The notes under the pieces were generated by a model. It was not told the origin of the DNA. It searched no databases and was given only the letters and a program-made list of their open reading frames with translations. 64,000 nucleotides of DNA from Felis catus (taxonomy: Eukaryota): assembly GCF_018350175.1 (NCBI RefSeq), contig NC_058368.1:23624001-23688000 (forward strand), in the 5' to 3' direction. Both the position numbers and the translations under genes were made by a program. Below are positions 35,706 to 48,995 of the stretch, piece by piece (position 1 is the first letter of the stretch; each line of letters starts with the position of its first letter).

Positions 35706-38700
35706 AATGAAGTCTCTAAATTAGGTATAAACAGAAGCATTACCTGTAAAGAACATTGGCCCCAGTCTTGTTACATACTTTAACAAATAAGCTGAGAAAA
35801 AGAATCTGCAGAAAAATATTTAAGTCTGCAAGTGGTATAAAATCATTTTGATGTTTTCTTTCTTATTTGTAGAATTAACATGCAGGAAGATATTTTCTGG
35901 AATTGAAGTGCAAGACGACCCATTTGCTTATAAGTTGCACTGAAGATATTGTTAAATAAGCCTATTACAGGAAAAATGATCTAGTACCTTTGGGTAATAT
36001 TATGGTTTAAAATAACTCCATTAAAAGCTGTATTGTATATGAATTAAGAGTATGATCCATGGACTCAGCCAGACCAGGGGAGCTAATGTTTCAATATAGG
36101 AATGTATGAAATGGTTAACTGAAAAAAAAAAATTTCAGTGTCTACTGACATTGTCCACTAAAAGGATAGTGGGCATTAAAGTCAGGAAATTTCCCTTCAG
36201 GAAAGGTCTGGGAGTTACTATTTACTTTTCTAACATCATCAGACCAGTCAGTATCTAGGACAAAAAGCCTCATGATATGCTGAAGATCATTACAAAAAAT
36301 CCTGAACACAAAACATAGAACATTAGTCTTCGACAAACATGACACAAATGACCTTGAATCATCTGGTTCTGCTGCACCTGTTGAAGATAATACCCAAAGC
36401 TGAAGGCATTAAAACCAAATACTTTTGAAAACAGATATGTTAGTAGAAATACAACTTCTAAATTTCCTTATTGTTTCTCTTATTCTATTAAGTGACTCGT
36501 ACATATTTATAGCTCCAAGCTTATGGTGTGTGTGTGTGTGTGTGTGTCTCACATGCACATACAGTCCTCTCAGGCTGTATCTCTGCAGTAGTTTAAGCTG
36601 CTAGACAAAACCATGTTTCTCTAAGTTGACACTTCAGGACTACAGCTGCCAGATGCTCAAAAGAAACATCTGTTCCTGAAGGCCACAGGAGATGGCAATG
36701 AAAGAAAAATAGAATAATTTTACATGACAAAGTAAATCCAACAAATGTGCAAATATAGCTCATCCATTCTATTTCAAAGACACTGGCACATAAGAGGAAA
36801 TAATAAACAGTGACAGTGCCTATTATTCTGTAGGGGCCTATTTCTGTTTTTAGAGGTGTGATATCAAAAACATAATTATTTTTATCCATTTTACTGTGAG
36901 GAGGGGATGATGGTAATAAGGGGAGTGGCAATGAAGATAAATTTCACTTATATCTGTATTTTGCCCCAGATTATCCATACAGGACCACAGAGGTAAAGCC
37001 ATCTCTGTAACGATGGTGGAGTCACTTTCCTCGAAGCCAAATGAAGTCAATGCACAAAAGTATGGCAAAGCAAGCATCATTAAATTAGAAACTCAATTTT
37101 CATGGTAGAATATTGTGTGGTTGGGCTGTTCAGGGGAGAAAGAAAACAGAATGTCAAAAATAAACTAGAAAATGCAAAACCTCCACAAAATAAAAAGCTG
37201 TAAAGTATGGCATTATATGCCTAAAATGTGGGGTTGAAGGAGAGGACAAAAAATGTCATGCTTTTAGAATGGGTTCAAACGTAAGTGACCATCAGCTTAA
37301 TATAGACTGTTATATGCATAAGATGTTATATGTAAACGTAATAGTAGCTGCAAATAAAAAATACTGGTAATAGATTTGGAAAATGTAAAGAGAAATGAAT
37401 TCAAGAAAAGTTGGCAAACCATGAAAGGAGCAAGAGAAGAAAGGAATACAAAAACTACAAAACAACCAGAAAACAACTAATAAAGTGGCAATAAATACAT
37501 TCCTATAAATAATTAGTTTAAATGTAAATGGACTACATGTTCCAATCAAAAGATATAGCGTGATAGAATGGGTAAAAAAGCAGCACCCATCTATATGCTG
37601 CCTACAAGACTCACTTCGGATATAGAGACACAAGCAGATTGAAAGTGAAGGGATGGAAAATCATTTATCATGCAAAAGGAAGTGAAAAGAAAGCTGGTGT
37701 AGCAATATTTATATCAGAAAAAATAGACTTTAAAACAAAGACTGTAACAAGGGACAAAGAAGGGCACTACATAATCATAAAAAGAAAAATCCAACAGAAG
37801 ATATAACAATTGTAAATATTTATGCACTCAACATGGGGGCACCCAACTCCTTAAAGCAGCTAATAATAAACATAAAGGAAGTAATCAATAGGAATACAAT
37901 AGCAGGAGACTTTAACAGCCCGCTTAAGTCAAAGGATAGATTATCCAAACAGCCTATCAAAAAGAAAGCAGTGGTTGTGAATGACACGTTGGATCAGATG
38001 GACCCAAAAATATATGCAGAACATTAAAACGGTAGAATATACATTCATCCTAAAACAGTAGAATAAACATTCTTTTCAAGGGCACATGGAAACTTTTTCA
38101 GGATATACCACATGTTAGATCACAAAACACATCTCAAGAAATCTAAAAAGATTGAAGTCATATCATACATTTTTTTATAAACACGACATTTTGAAACGAG
38201 AAATCAACCACAAGAAAAAAATCTAGAAAAAACACAAACGGAAGTTAAATAACATGCGACTAAACAATGAATGGATCAATCAAGAAATCAAAGGAGGAAA
38301 CCAAAAAATACAAGGAGACAAATGAAAATAAAAATACAATGATCCAAAATATTTGAAACACAGGCCAAAACTGTTTTAGGAGGTAAGTCTATAGCAATAC
38401 AGGCCCACGTTAAGAAGAAAAATCTCAAATACACAACCTAAACTTATACCTAAAGGAGCTAGGAAAAGAACAAAACTCCAACATAATAGAAGGAAGGGAA
38501 ACATAAATATTAGAGCAGAAATAAATGAAATTGAAACTGAAAAAACAGTAACATATCAATAAAACCAGTAGCTGGTTCTTTGGGAAGAACTAAAAAATCA
38601 ATAAACTTTTAGACAGATTCATGAGAGAGAGAGGGGTAGGGAGAGACAGAAAGAGAAGATTTACATAAACAAAATCAGAAATGAAGAGAAATAACAATCA

Positions 38701-39932
38701 AACCAGAGACATACAATTTTAAGAGAAAATTATGAAAAACTACATACCAACAAAGTGAGCAACCTAGAAGAAATTGATAAATTCTTAGAAACATATAACC
38801 TCCCAAAACTTAATTAGAAAGAGAAAATTTGAAGGTCCTAATGATAAGCAATGAAATCAAATCAGCGGTCAAAAAATTCCCAACTAACAAAAGTCCAGGA
38901 CCAGACAGCTTCACAGGTCAATTCAACCAAACATTTAAACAAGAGTTAATATCCTTTGTTGTCAAACTGTTCCAAGAAAGAGAAGAGGAAGAAAAGCTTC
39001 CAATTTATTCTCTGAGTCCAGCATTACCCTGATACTAAAACCAGGTAAAGACACAACAAAAGAGAACTACAGGGCAGTATCTCTGAGGAACATGAATGAA
39101 AAATTCATCAGCAAAATATATCAAACTGAATCTAATGATACATAAAAAAAAATCATTCACCAGGATCAAGTGGGATTTATTCCTAGGATGTAAGGGGTTC
39201 AGTATTCAGAAATCAATCAACATGATACACTACATCAACAAAACATAGGACAAAAATCATATGATCATTTCGATAGGTAAAGAGAGAATTCGACAAAGTA
39301 TAACATGTATTCATCATAAAAACTGTCAGTAAAGTGGGTTTTGAGGGAACACACCCAAACATAACAAAGGTCATATATGAAAACCCCACAGCTTACATCA
39401 CGAAAACCTGAGAGCATATTCCCTAATGTCAAGAACAAGACAGGGATGTCCACTCTCACCACTTTTATTTTACAAAGTACTGGAAGTCCTAGCCAGAGCA
39501 ATCACACAAGAAAAAAAATAAAAGGCATCCAAATTGGTAAGGAAGAAGTAAACTTATACTATTTGCAGATGACAGGATACTATATACAGAAAACACAAAG
39601 ACTCCACCAAAAACTGCTAGAAATGATAAATGAATTCAGTAAAATTGCAGGGTATAAAATCAATACACAAATCTGTTGCATTTCTATATGCTAATAATGA
39701 ATTATCAAAAAGAGAAAGGAAGAAAGCAATCCTATTTGCAATTGCATCAAAAATAATAAAATATCTAGGAAGAAACTTGACCGATGAGGTAAAAGACCTG
39801 TACTTTGAAAATTATAAAACACTGATGAAACAAATTGAAGATGACACAAATGGAAAGATATTGCATGCTCATGGATTGCAAGAACAAATATTAGTAAAAT
39901 ATCTATACTACCCAAAGCAGTCCTTACATTTA

Positions 39933-40151
39933 TTTTTTTTTAATTTTTTTTTAACGTTTATTTATTTTTGAGACAGAGAGACAGAGCATCAATGGGGGAG
40001 GGGCAGAGAGAGGGAGACACAGAACCGGAAGCAGGCTCCAGGCTCTGAGCCATCAGCCCAGAGCCTGACACGGGGCTCGAACTCACGGTCTGTGAGATCG
40101 TGACCGGAGCTGAAGTTGGACACTCAACCGACTGAGCCACCCAGGCGCCCC
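39933..40151 (-). mobile_element. Can-SINE nested in L1
   Basis: TSD gtccttacattta (39920-39932; 40154-40166). Confidence 0.96.
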
Positions 40152-41329
40152 GTGTCCTTACATTTAATGCAATTACTAACAAAATACCAACAGTATTTTT
40201 CACAGAACTAGAACAAATAATATTACATTTGTATGGAACCACAAAAGACCCTGAATAGCCAAAGTAATCTTGAAAAAGAACAAAACTGGAGGTATCACAA
40301 TCCCAGATTTCAAGATATACTACAAGCTGTAGTAATCAGACTGTATGGTGCTAGCACAAAAGCAGACACATAGACTAATGGGTCGAACAGAATGGAGAAC
40401 CCAGAAATAAACCCACACTTATGTGGTCAACTAATCTATGGCAAAGAATTCAAGAATATACAATGAGAAAGAAGTATTTTCAATAAATGGTGTTGGTGTA
40501 ACTGGACAGCTACATGCAAAAGGATAAATGTGGGCCACTTTGTAACACCATATGCAAAAGTAAACCCAAATGGCTTAAGGATGTAAATATGAGACCTGGA
40601 ATCATAAAAATCCTTGAAAAGAACACATACAGTTGTTTCTATGACTTTAGCCATAGCACCATTTTTCTAGATATTTCTCCTCAGGGAAAAGAAACAAAAA
40701 CAAAAATAAACTATTGGGGCTACATCAAAATAAAAACCTTCTGCAGAGCAAGGAAACAACAAAACTAAGACAACCTACTGAATGAGAGAAGATATTTGCA
40801 AATAATATATCCAATAAAGGTTTACTCTCCAAAATATGTAAAGAATTTACACAACTTAACACCAGAAAAACAAGTAACACAATTAAAAATGGGCACAAGA
40901 CATGGATATTTCTCCAAAGACGACATAGAGAAAGCCAAAAGATACATGAAAAGATGCTCAACATCACTCATTATCAGGGAAATACAAAGCAAAACCACAA
41001 TAAGATATCACTTCACACCTGTCAGAATGTCTAAAATAACAAGGAAAAAAAAAAACAAGTGTTGGTGAGGATGTAAAGGAAAAGGAACCCTCATGCACTG
41101 TTGATGGGAATGCTAACTGTTGCAGTCACTGTAGGAAACAGTATGGATGTTCCTCAAATGTTAAAAATAGGATTGCCAAATCACCCAGTAGTTTAACTAC
41201 TGAGTAATTACCCAAAAAATACAGAAACACTAATTTGATTTATGCCTATGTTTACTGCAGCATTATTTACAGTAGCAAAAATATGGAAGCAGCTTGAGTG
41301 TCCATTGATAGATGAATGAATAAAGAGGT

Positions 41330-41418
41330 GATATATATACTATATATATTGTATATATGTATACACATATATAGTATATATATTGTATATATGCATACAC
41401 ATATGTATATATATGTAT

Positions 41419-41480
<62 letters not shown>
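41330..41480. repeat. (TA)n/(CA)n expansion inside L1
   Basis: Directly visible. Confidence 0.95.
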
Positions 41481-41482
<2 letters not shown>

Positions 41483-42038
41483 CGGAACATTATTCAGCCA
41501 TAAAAAATAATAAAAGTTTGCCATTTGCAATAACACAGATGGAGCTAGGGAATATAATGCTACGTGAAAGAAGTCAGAAGAGAAAAATATGATATTATTT
41601 CAATCATGTGGAATTTAGGAAACAAAACAAATTACCAAAGAAAAAAAAGAGGCAAACCAAAAACCAGACTCTTAAATATAGAGAGCAAGTTGGTAGTTAG
41701 CAGAGGGGAGGTGGGTGGGGGGATGGGTGAAATGGGTGAAGAGCACACTCATTATGATGAACACTGAGTAATGTGTAGAATTGTTGAATCACTACACTGT
41801 ATACCTGAAACTAATATAACACTGTACATAGTTACACTGGAATAAAAAACAATAGATAAGATCTTAATCCTGACTTCCAACTATCTACATTCAAGCCTCA
41901 AATCTTTCACAATTTTTTTTTCCCATAGAAATCCATCATACAAGAAAGGATTCCTGGTTGTATGCCTTCTGGCCTGACATCCTAGAATTCTTGTAATGGC
42001 TATGAATATGGAAAACACAACTTTACTCCCTCTTCTAT

Positions 42039-42041
<3 letters not shown>

Positions 42042-42086
<45 letters not shown>
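42042..42086. repeat. (CT)n microsatellite
   Basis: Directly visible. Confidence 0.95.
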
Positions 42087-42088
<2 letters not shown>

Positions 42089-42707
42089 TTCTCCTCTCTC
42101 TCCTCCTCGTACCTCCATATATTAATCAATGGACATTGTAAAAATAACATACCAATGAGAATCTCTTTAGTTTTTTCTTATTCTCTGAAAACTGTATGTT
42201 CCCGTACAAGAAAACATATTAAAGTTATAAAGGACAAGTAGAATCATCTCGCATTCTTTGTAAGATCACCTAAAAAGCAAGGATCACCCTTGATAGGTAA
42301 TACATGGACACATTTTTAAGTGTTTAGACCCAATACATGACATGTATTAATTCCTCTCTTTGAGAGGATAAATTTGTTCCACTGAATGTGTGCTCCAGAT
42401 CTCTGTGCAAAGTTCTGGGACAGCATCTGTGAAGGAAGGGTGGTCCCATTTAGGTAGATGCTGGAATGGATCAGAGAGCCGGGACACTTTGAAAATAGGT
42501 TTATCTCTGTTTGCAGAGCCTTGTGGAGTCCCTTACTAGCACCTTCAATGACTTTTACAGTTTCCATCTGAAGTCATCAAAGGAAAAGAAGAAAAGGAGA
42601 GCTCTCCTCCTCTTGAGGCCCAACATTGTGGTTTTAAGATATGCACTACAAACTCTCAAACACATGCTTTTGGATGAAAGGCCATTGTTGCTTTGCAACC
42701 TGGCCCC

Positions 42708-42988
42708 TGTACAGAGAAAGGAAGGAGAGGCTGAAGAAAGAGACAAGCCTCTCCAGGTTGGTAGGTGGCAGTTTTAATAAGCAAGGGAACTTAAGGGACT
42801 GGCTTCAGTAATATACTGTTCAGATGGGCTCAACAACGTATTGTTATCTCATAGCCACACCCTACTGCAGGAAAGGCAAGTGGAGCATACATTCCAAGGA
42901 CAGAGGAGGGGGTCAGGTGCTTCTGACTGCCTGAGTCCAGCTCGTGGGTCAATCTGTGGTTGTGTCCTCTTGATGACCTTCTCCAACA
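42708..42988 (-). mobile_element. Short solo LTR, family not identified
   Basis: TGT...ACA termini; flanks gcccc/gccac; ATTAAA on - strand at about 42773-42778. Confidence 0.6.
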
Positions 42989-43349
42989 GCCACTACTTCT
43001 GAATTTACAGCTATATCCAGAGCCAATCTGAGAAGCTACACTCCATCCCGTCCCATTCTAGTTCACCAACACTTGAAACCCCCTCGAATATGGTCTGTAG
43101 GCTCTTGGAGAGCACAGAGATCAGCTGACTCTCAAGAGGTTTTAGGGATAACATGACACTGACCAAGATCCCGAGAGCAGGCCATACCCCATCCTAAACC
43201 TGACAGGCATTGTCCTGACCATAGGATTGAGTAGATGGGACCCTGATGTGTTTTGGATATACAGTAATGCGACTAAAGCAGGCATTGTGAAGGTGCTGGA
43301 AATATGAAGATGCATAACAGGGGGCCCCTTCTCTCAAAGGTTGCCTACT

Positions 43350-43505
43350 ACAATGGTTCTCAAACTTTAGCATTCATTAAAATCAAAGGCAAAGTTGTTT
43401 AAAATGTGGGTTATTGCCCTCCATGCCAGGTCGTGGTGGAATTTAGAATTCCACATTTTTAATAAATATTCCTCGGTGATTCCATTCAAGAATCATACTC
43501 TGTGA
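43350..43505. mobile_element. MER5-like hAT MITE
   Basis: caatggttctcaaacttt...ttgtttaaaatg...catttttaataaa. Confidence 0.65.
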
Positions 43506-43535
43506 TGTACAGAGATAATGGGAAGAATGTTAAAA

Positions 43536-43577
43536 AGAGAGAGAGAGAGAAAGAATGAGAGAATGAGAGAATGAGAG

Positions 43578-43628
<51 letters not shown>
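43536..43628. repeat. (GAGAGAAT/GAGAAT)n-(GA)n purine tract
   Basis: Directly visible. Confidence 0.95.
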
Positions 43629-43634
<6 letters not shown>

Positions 43635-44504
43635 TGAAGAACAGGGCAAAAGGAAATATTTTATCACAGAATTGTCAGCAATTACACCTGGCCAGAAAGT
43701 GTTCTTTATTTGCCCTGTGCATGTGACATTTGGTCATCAGCTCATACTCAGAAATGATTAATCACATATACAATTTATTCATTTGTCTTTCATTTGGATC
43801 TGCTGAAGGAATGGCATGCTTGTGCACGCAGCTACTGAGTTCAGTTCAGGGGATTCCTAATTGAAAATGCACACCTCAGAGTAATACACAAGCATGAATA
43901 TGTAGAAAGGGCCACTAGCCAAATTTATTATTTTCTCTTTTAACTATGTTTTTCTACTGGCAGAAAAAGAGGCAGTAACATCTCAGGTATATATGGTTGC
44001 CATAGGGACAGAAGTTGTGATTTGCTGGGGAACATTGCTGTAAATAGCAATAAAATAGCAATTCAGTGGAGGTCAGAAGCACAAAATCACTGAAGCTACA
44101 ATCAAACCAGACAGCTTCTCAATCCATTCAATAGGAATTTTGCAGTTGCCACTGTAAGGTAAGGGGAAGAACGGTGAAATCAAGCCCAATATTTCACTCC
44201 TGTCTCCAAATGCCCTGAAGTCCTTTGGCCCTGAGCTTTCAAGACATTGTGCCAGGAATTCTGGGTAGTAGAGAGGTCAGACAATAAACAACAATGTTAT
44301 TTTTAACCCAGTGACTCAAAAGTAAAAATTCAGAACTTCAGTGAGATTCTTCAATGTGATACTTTATGATCCAACAGAGAGACAAATAAGATTATATATT
44401 GTAAAGAAACCTGGAGTTTGCGGTTCAAGTTGACCTATGAGGCAATCTCTGTCTTCCTAAAAGATACATCTTAAGTATTGTTTAACAGATGGACATCAAA
44501 TGAA

Positions 44505-44551
44505 TATATATATATACACACACACACACACATACACACACACACACACAC
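44505..44551. repeat. (TA)n(CA)n microsatellite
   Basis: Directly visible. Confidence 0.9.
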
Positions 44552-45663
44552 ATGCATACATATGTTAATATGTATGTATATACACACATTAAATGTATCT
44601 AAGCTATAGTTTTTGTTGTTTTAAATGGAGTAGGTTTAGCTAACAATGACCTCTCACTTTTCTGGCCTGTATCTTTCTCTCTGCACACCCCCACTCCCTG
44701 CCTGGAACACAGTGGTTGGAGGATATGGGTCCAGCATGTCTTTCCATGTCTTTTCTCTAATTTTCTAGGGTAGGTGTCTGCATTCCTTACTCTGATGCCT
44801 CTTAGGATTTTCTGTAACAATTTTACTAGGGTTTGGTGACAGGGTGATAGTGGTATTCTGAAATGTGTATTTTAGGCTTTGCCTAAATATTAAATTTTTC
44901 TCTTTAATTATCAAGTAGTTAATAGTAACCTATTTGTTGACTATTCCCAAGTGATGGAACATAATGTATGTTCTCTATGTGAAATAGTGTAGGCAACACA
45001 GGAAAAGATTAAATGCTACATTGCCTTTCATAAATATGCCACTTAGGTATTGGAATGATTCAATTTAAGCTGAGTGCCTTTGAAATGATGTAGCACAATA
45101 TATACCTCTGAATGTTCACTCCTTAAAAGCCCTTGTGTCTAACAGGAGAAAGGAGGGTTCCCAGATGCATACATTCCATCTTTTGATGGTCTGGGTGAGC
45201 CATTAGTTTGTACACATCTGTCTTCTTTTATCAAAGCAGGCAATTATTTTCTCTGGGAACAAGCAAAGAAATAATTTGTATCAATGCTGGAAGAAAAACT
45301 AGCTATTTTGAACATGGTGGGGAGCTGTATGTCAGTCTCCAATGGTTCATGTTCTTAATTAGCATTCTATATTTTTCTTTTTTTTTAAGTATCTTTACAT
45401 TTGTTTTGCTTATTTGTTTTCAATATAGAGGTGAAGAGTTGAGTTAATGAGAGTTTAACATACTATCATTATCGTTCTAGAATTTTTTGTTAATAGCTGT
45501 GTCTAGCCTCTGGTCTCCACTTAATTACCCTCCTTACCCTGTCCCACGGCCCACCCCCTTACATTAGCAGTTACTCTCATGTTTTTAATACGTCCTTTCC
45601 CATGCATTTCATAAACATTTCTGGATAAAATTATATTCTTGAATAACATATAGAGGTTTTGTT

Positions 45664-45666
<3 letters not shown>

Positions 45667-45711
<45 letters not shown>
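45667..45711. repeat. (GT)n microsatellite
   Basis: Directly visible. Confidence 0.95.
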
Positions 45712-45712
<1 letters not shown>

Positions 45713-45714
45713 TG

Positions 45715-45961
45715 TAATAAGTATAGTGATTGAGAGTATGGACCCTGGATCCACCTGCCTAAGTTGATACTCTAACTTCACTACATATGAGGCATGCGTC
45801 CTTGGGATTTGTTATTTAACATGTGTACCTCAGAATCTTCATCTGGACAGTCAGAATAATAGTGTCCATCTCAAAAGGCAGTTGTTTGGATTAAAATGCA
45901 TATAAAGTGCTTAGAACAGTGCCTGGCACACAGTAAACACAACATAGATATTAGCTATTAG
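45715..45961 (+). mobile_element. MIR, near full length
   Basis: taaagtgcttagaacagtgcctggcacacagtaa...attagctatta. Confidence 0.85.
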
Positions 45962-46019
45962 GTATAATTAATTTCACAAATGGTATTGAGAAACAGTTCA
46001 TTTTTTTTCATAAAAGTTT

Positions 46020-47271
46020 GCAATGTATTTGCATGATCTATTCATTTTCTTTATGGGTATTTCTTCAGACTGTTGTATAATATTCCACAGCACGTGTCCT
46101 GTATATTTCACCTATACTCATACTCTCAGATTGCTTCTGTCCTCCTATAATGTAGACAAGGCTATAATGAATATCCTTATGCTCCTTGAAGGATTGTGAG
46201 AAAATTTCTCTGGGTTATGTATCCAGCAGAGAGATTACTGGGACACTAGGTGTACGAATATTTATTTTGCCATTATGTTCTCTACATGGCCCTTATCAAT
46301 AATGCTTGGGATCGTCCCTTTCATTCTCATCAATACATGTTATGATCTGGCTTCTGACTTGCCAGTTTGTCAGTAGGAAAATATTTCATCGATGTTTGAG
46401 TTTTTTACTTCTCTGACAGAGTTATGCGTTTCTTTATATATATATTTAGCCATTTAAATTTTCTCCACACTCTTTGCCTATTTTTCTACTTCAGTTTCTG
46501 TACTTTTCTCACCATTTTATAGGAGTTTCTTGCATATTTTAGAAAGTAATCTCTTGTCAGTTTTAGACAGTACAAATGTCCTCTATCTGTAATTTGTCGG
46601 TTAATTTTGGTAAAGAATGCCCCTTACATTTATCTTTCAGCTAATTTGCATCGTAAAGAGATGTTGACATACCATCAAATGACTTTTCTTCATTTATTAT
46701 GATAGTATGATTTTTCCCTCTTTATTTCATTAATGTGAAGTATATTAAACAATTTTTTGATGTTAATTTTTCTTCTCATTCCTGAGGCAAAACCAACTTG
46801 ATCATGATGCATTTTTAATATAATATTGAAATTGGTTAGTTAAAATTTTATTTAGAATTTTTATGTGCATGGCCGTGAGTGAAGACTTATTCTATTCCTT
46901 TTTTTTCTAGCTTTTTCAATTGAAAGCTTAACATATTTGTTTCCTACCTTTCTTGTGTTTTTTAATAAATGTATTAAAAATTATAAATTTCTAAGCATTT
47001 CTTTAGCTGTGTTCTCCAGAATTTGACACATAATCCTTTATTTAATCCCAATATTCTCTCATATTGCTGTTTATCATACAAAAATTCCATTTAGTGGCAT
47101 ACTTTATAGTTTCCAGTTAAATGTCCTTTTAGTTACATCTTTAGAATTGATTTCCAATTTTGTTGCATAATATACTCTGTACAATAGCATTTCTTTGGCA
47201 GTATTGATACTTTGTCATTAGTATAATTTTTTGACTGTTGTAATGTGAGCATGAAAAAATGTGAATATGAA

Positions 47272-47325
<54 letters not shown>

Positions 47326-47480
47326 TATACACCCCCCCAAAAAAAATACATGCACATTTATCAATATAAACTGATTTTTTCATGTTATTGAGATTTTCAA
47401 TTACTTACTTTTTGGCTACTTGATCTATCAGTTTCTGAGGGGAGTGGTTATAATCTATGACTACAATTTTTGTTATTCAA
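46020..47480 (-). mobile_element. Very old L1 (L1ME-like) fragments with (TA)n at about 47277-47329
   Basis: Degenerate antisense L1 motifs (gctataatgaatatcctt; aaccaacttgatcatg; tgatctatcagtttctgag). Confidence 0.55.
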
Positions 47481-47555
47481 GTTTACAAATATAGCTAAAG
47501 TATCAGAATATTCTCTAAGACAATACATTAAAAAGTCCCCTGCCCCATGTCCCTT

Positions 47556-47776
47556 TTTATTCATTTTTTTTTTTTGCTGAGTTGTAAGAGGTCTTTATTT
47601 TTTTTAATATGAAATTTATTGTCAAATTGGTTTCCATACAACACCCAGTGCCTCATCCCAACAGGTGCCCTCCTCAATACCCATCACCCACCCTCCCCTC
47701 CCTCCCACCCCCATCAACCCTCAGTGTGTTCTCAGTTTTTAAGAGTCTCTTATGCTTTGGCTCTCTCCCTCTCTAA
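47556..47776 (-). mobile_element. Young L1_Fc 3' end with 3' transduction
   Basis: Near-identical to the reverse complement of about 63520-63690; perfect TSD ccccatgtccctt (47543-47555; 47777-47789). Confidence 0.95.
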
Positions 47777-47834
47777 CCCCATGTCCCTTGAACCTCATTT
47801 CCTTCCAAGAAGAAACTCAAACTTTCCTCTCTTT

Positions 47835-48035
47835 TAGTTACCATTTACCTGGAGTATCTTCTCTCCATCCCCTTACTTTCAGCCTGTTTGTGTCCTTAAC
47901 ACTAAGATGAGCCTCTTACAGACAATTGGATCTTGGTGTTTTTGTTTTTGTTTTTAAATGCATTCAGCCACCTCATATGTTTTGATTGAGGTGGTTTAAT
48001 ATATTTACATTGAAAAATTTGTTGATAGGAGAGGC
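47835..48035 (-). mobile_element. Old L1 ORF2 endonuclease fragment
   Basis: ccatccccttactttcagcct...atttacattgaa. Confidence 0.65.
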
Positions 48036-48199
48036 TGTGAGCTAGGCGTTCTCTTCCTCATTGGTTTTGCATTCCCTCAGAGTGCAGTATTCTGTCAATT
48101 AGTTCCGGGTTTCTCCCCAGAGAATTTGTTCATGAAATTATTGGTGGTCCAGGGCTTCCTATTCTGTCAGACAGTTGATGTCATTCCCCCTTCAGAATT

Positions 48200-48383
48200 T
48201 CCATTCTAATCCATTCTCTACAAAGCAGCCAGTCTCACCTTTTCAAATACCTCAGCCAAGCTCAACATGGCTCAGCATGATCATGTTCTTGCCTTTCTCT
48301 CCAATCTAAAGAAATGGTATTCTCTGTCCACCTCTCACTAAATTTCTGTTCATAAAACACACCCCATTCTCAGTAGGCACATG

Positions 48384-48433
<50 letters not shown>

Positions 48434-48995
48434 AGACGGAGAGAGAGAGAGTGAGAGAAAGAGAGAGATGTTGTTTCCCCACTAGTCTTTGCCCATTTTC
48501 AAATGTCAACCTGAATAATACCTCTTTGGAGAAGTTTCTACTGATCATTCACTCTGAAGTGATTCCTCCCCAGCATCCTTTCCCCTAGTGTCACTTTTTA
48601 AAATGTTATTTATTTTTGAGAGAGCAAGAGCAAGAGCGGGGAAGAGACAGAGAGAGAGAGAGGGAGAGAGAGCATCTCAAGCAGGCCCATGCTCAGCATG
48701 GGCTCAGCGGAGCTCTATCTCATGACAATGAGATCATGACCTGAGCCAAAAACAGGAGTCAGATGCTTAACCAACTGAGCCACCCAGGCAACCCTAGTGT
48801 CACTTTCTTTTCCTCTGTATCATTTATCACAGTTGTAATTATGTTGGCATTTTTTTGTTTACTTTGTGTCTATTTCTCCAGGTAGGTTGCAAATGCCACA
48901 GGACAGGTGCCATGTCTGTTTTGCTCACCACTATGTCCCTACCTGATGGTGCCTGGAATATCGTAGGGATATAGTGAAGATGCATAGACTGAATT
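48200..48995 (+). mobile_element. L2 fragments with (TG)n(GA)n and nested SINE
   Basis: atccattctctacaaagcagccag; catgtctgttttgctcaccact. Confidence 0.65.
48599..48794 (-). mobile_element. Can-SINE
   Basis: TSD tagtgtcactttt (48586-48598; 48795-48807). Confidence 0.93.

Larger units (their letters stand above)
37130..41850 (+). mobile_element. Carnivore L1: inter-ORF, full but decayed ORF2, 3' UTR
   Basis: Endonuclease start (LNVNGL..PIKR) at about 37520; RT FADD motif at about 39560; terminal cctgaaactaatataac; many stops and frameshifts. Confidence 0.95.

Noticed and set aside
36970..37059. Plus-strand exon-like segment between L1s
   Set aside because: Weak donors and an unrecognisable translation.
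37486..41320. Potentially active L1 ORF2
   Set aside because: Many stops and frameshifts, a nested SINE, and no ORF1 or promoter.
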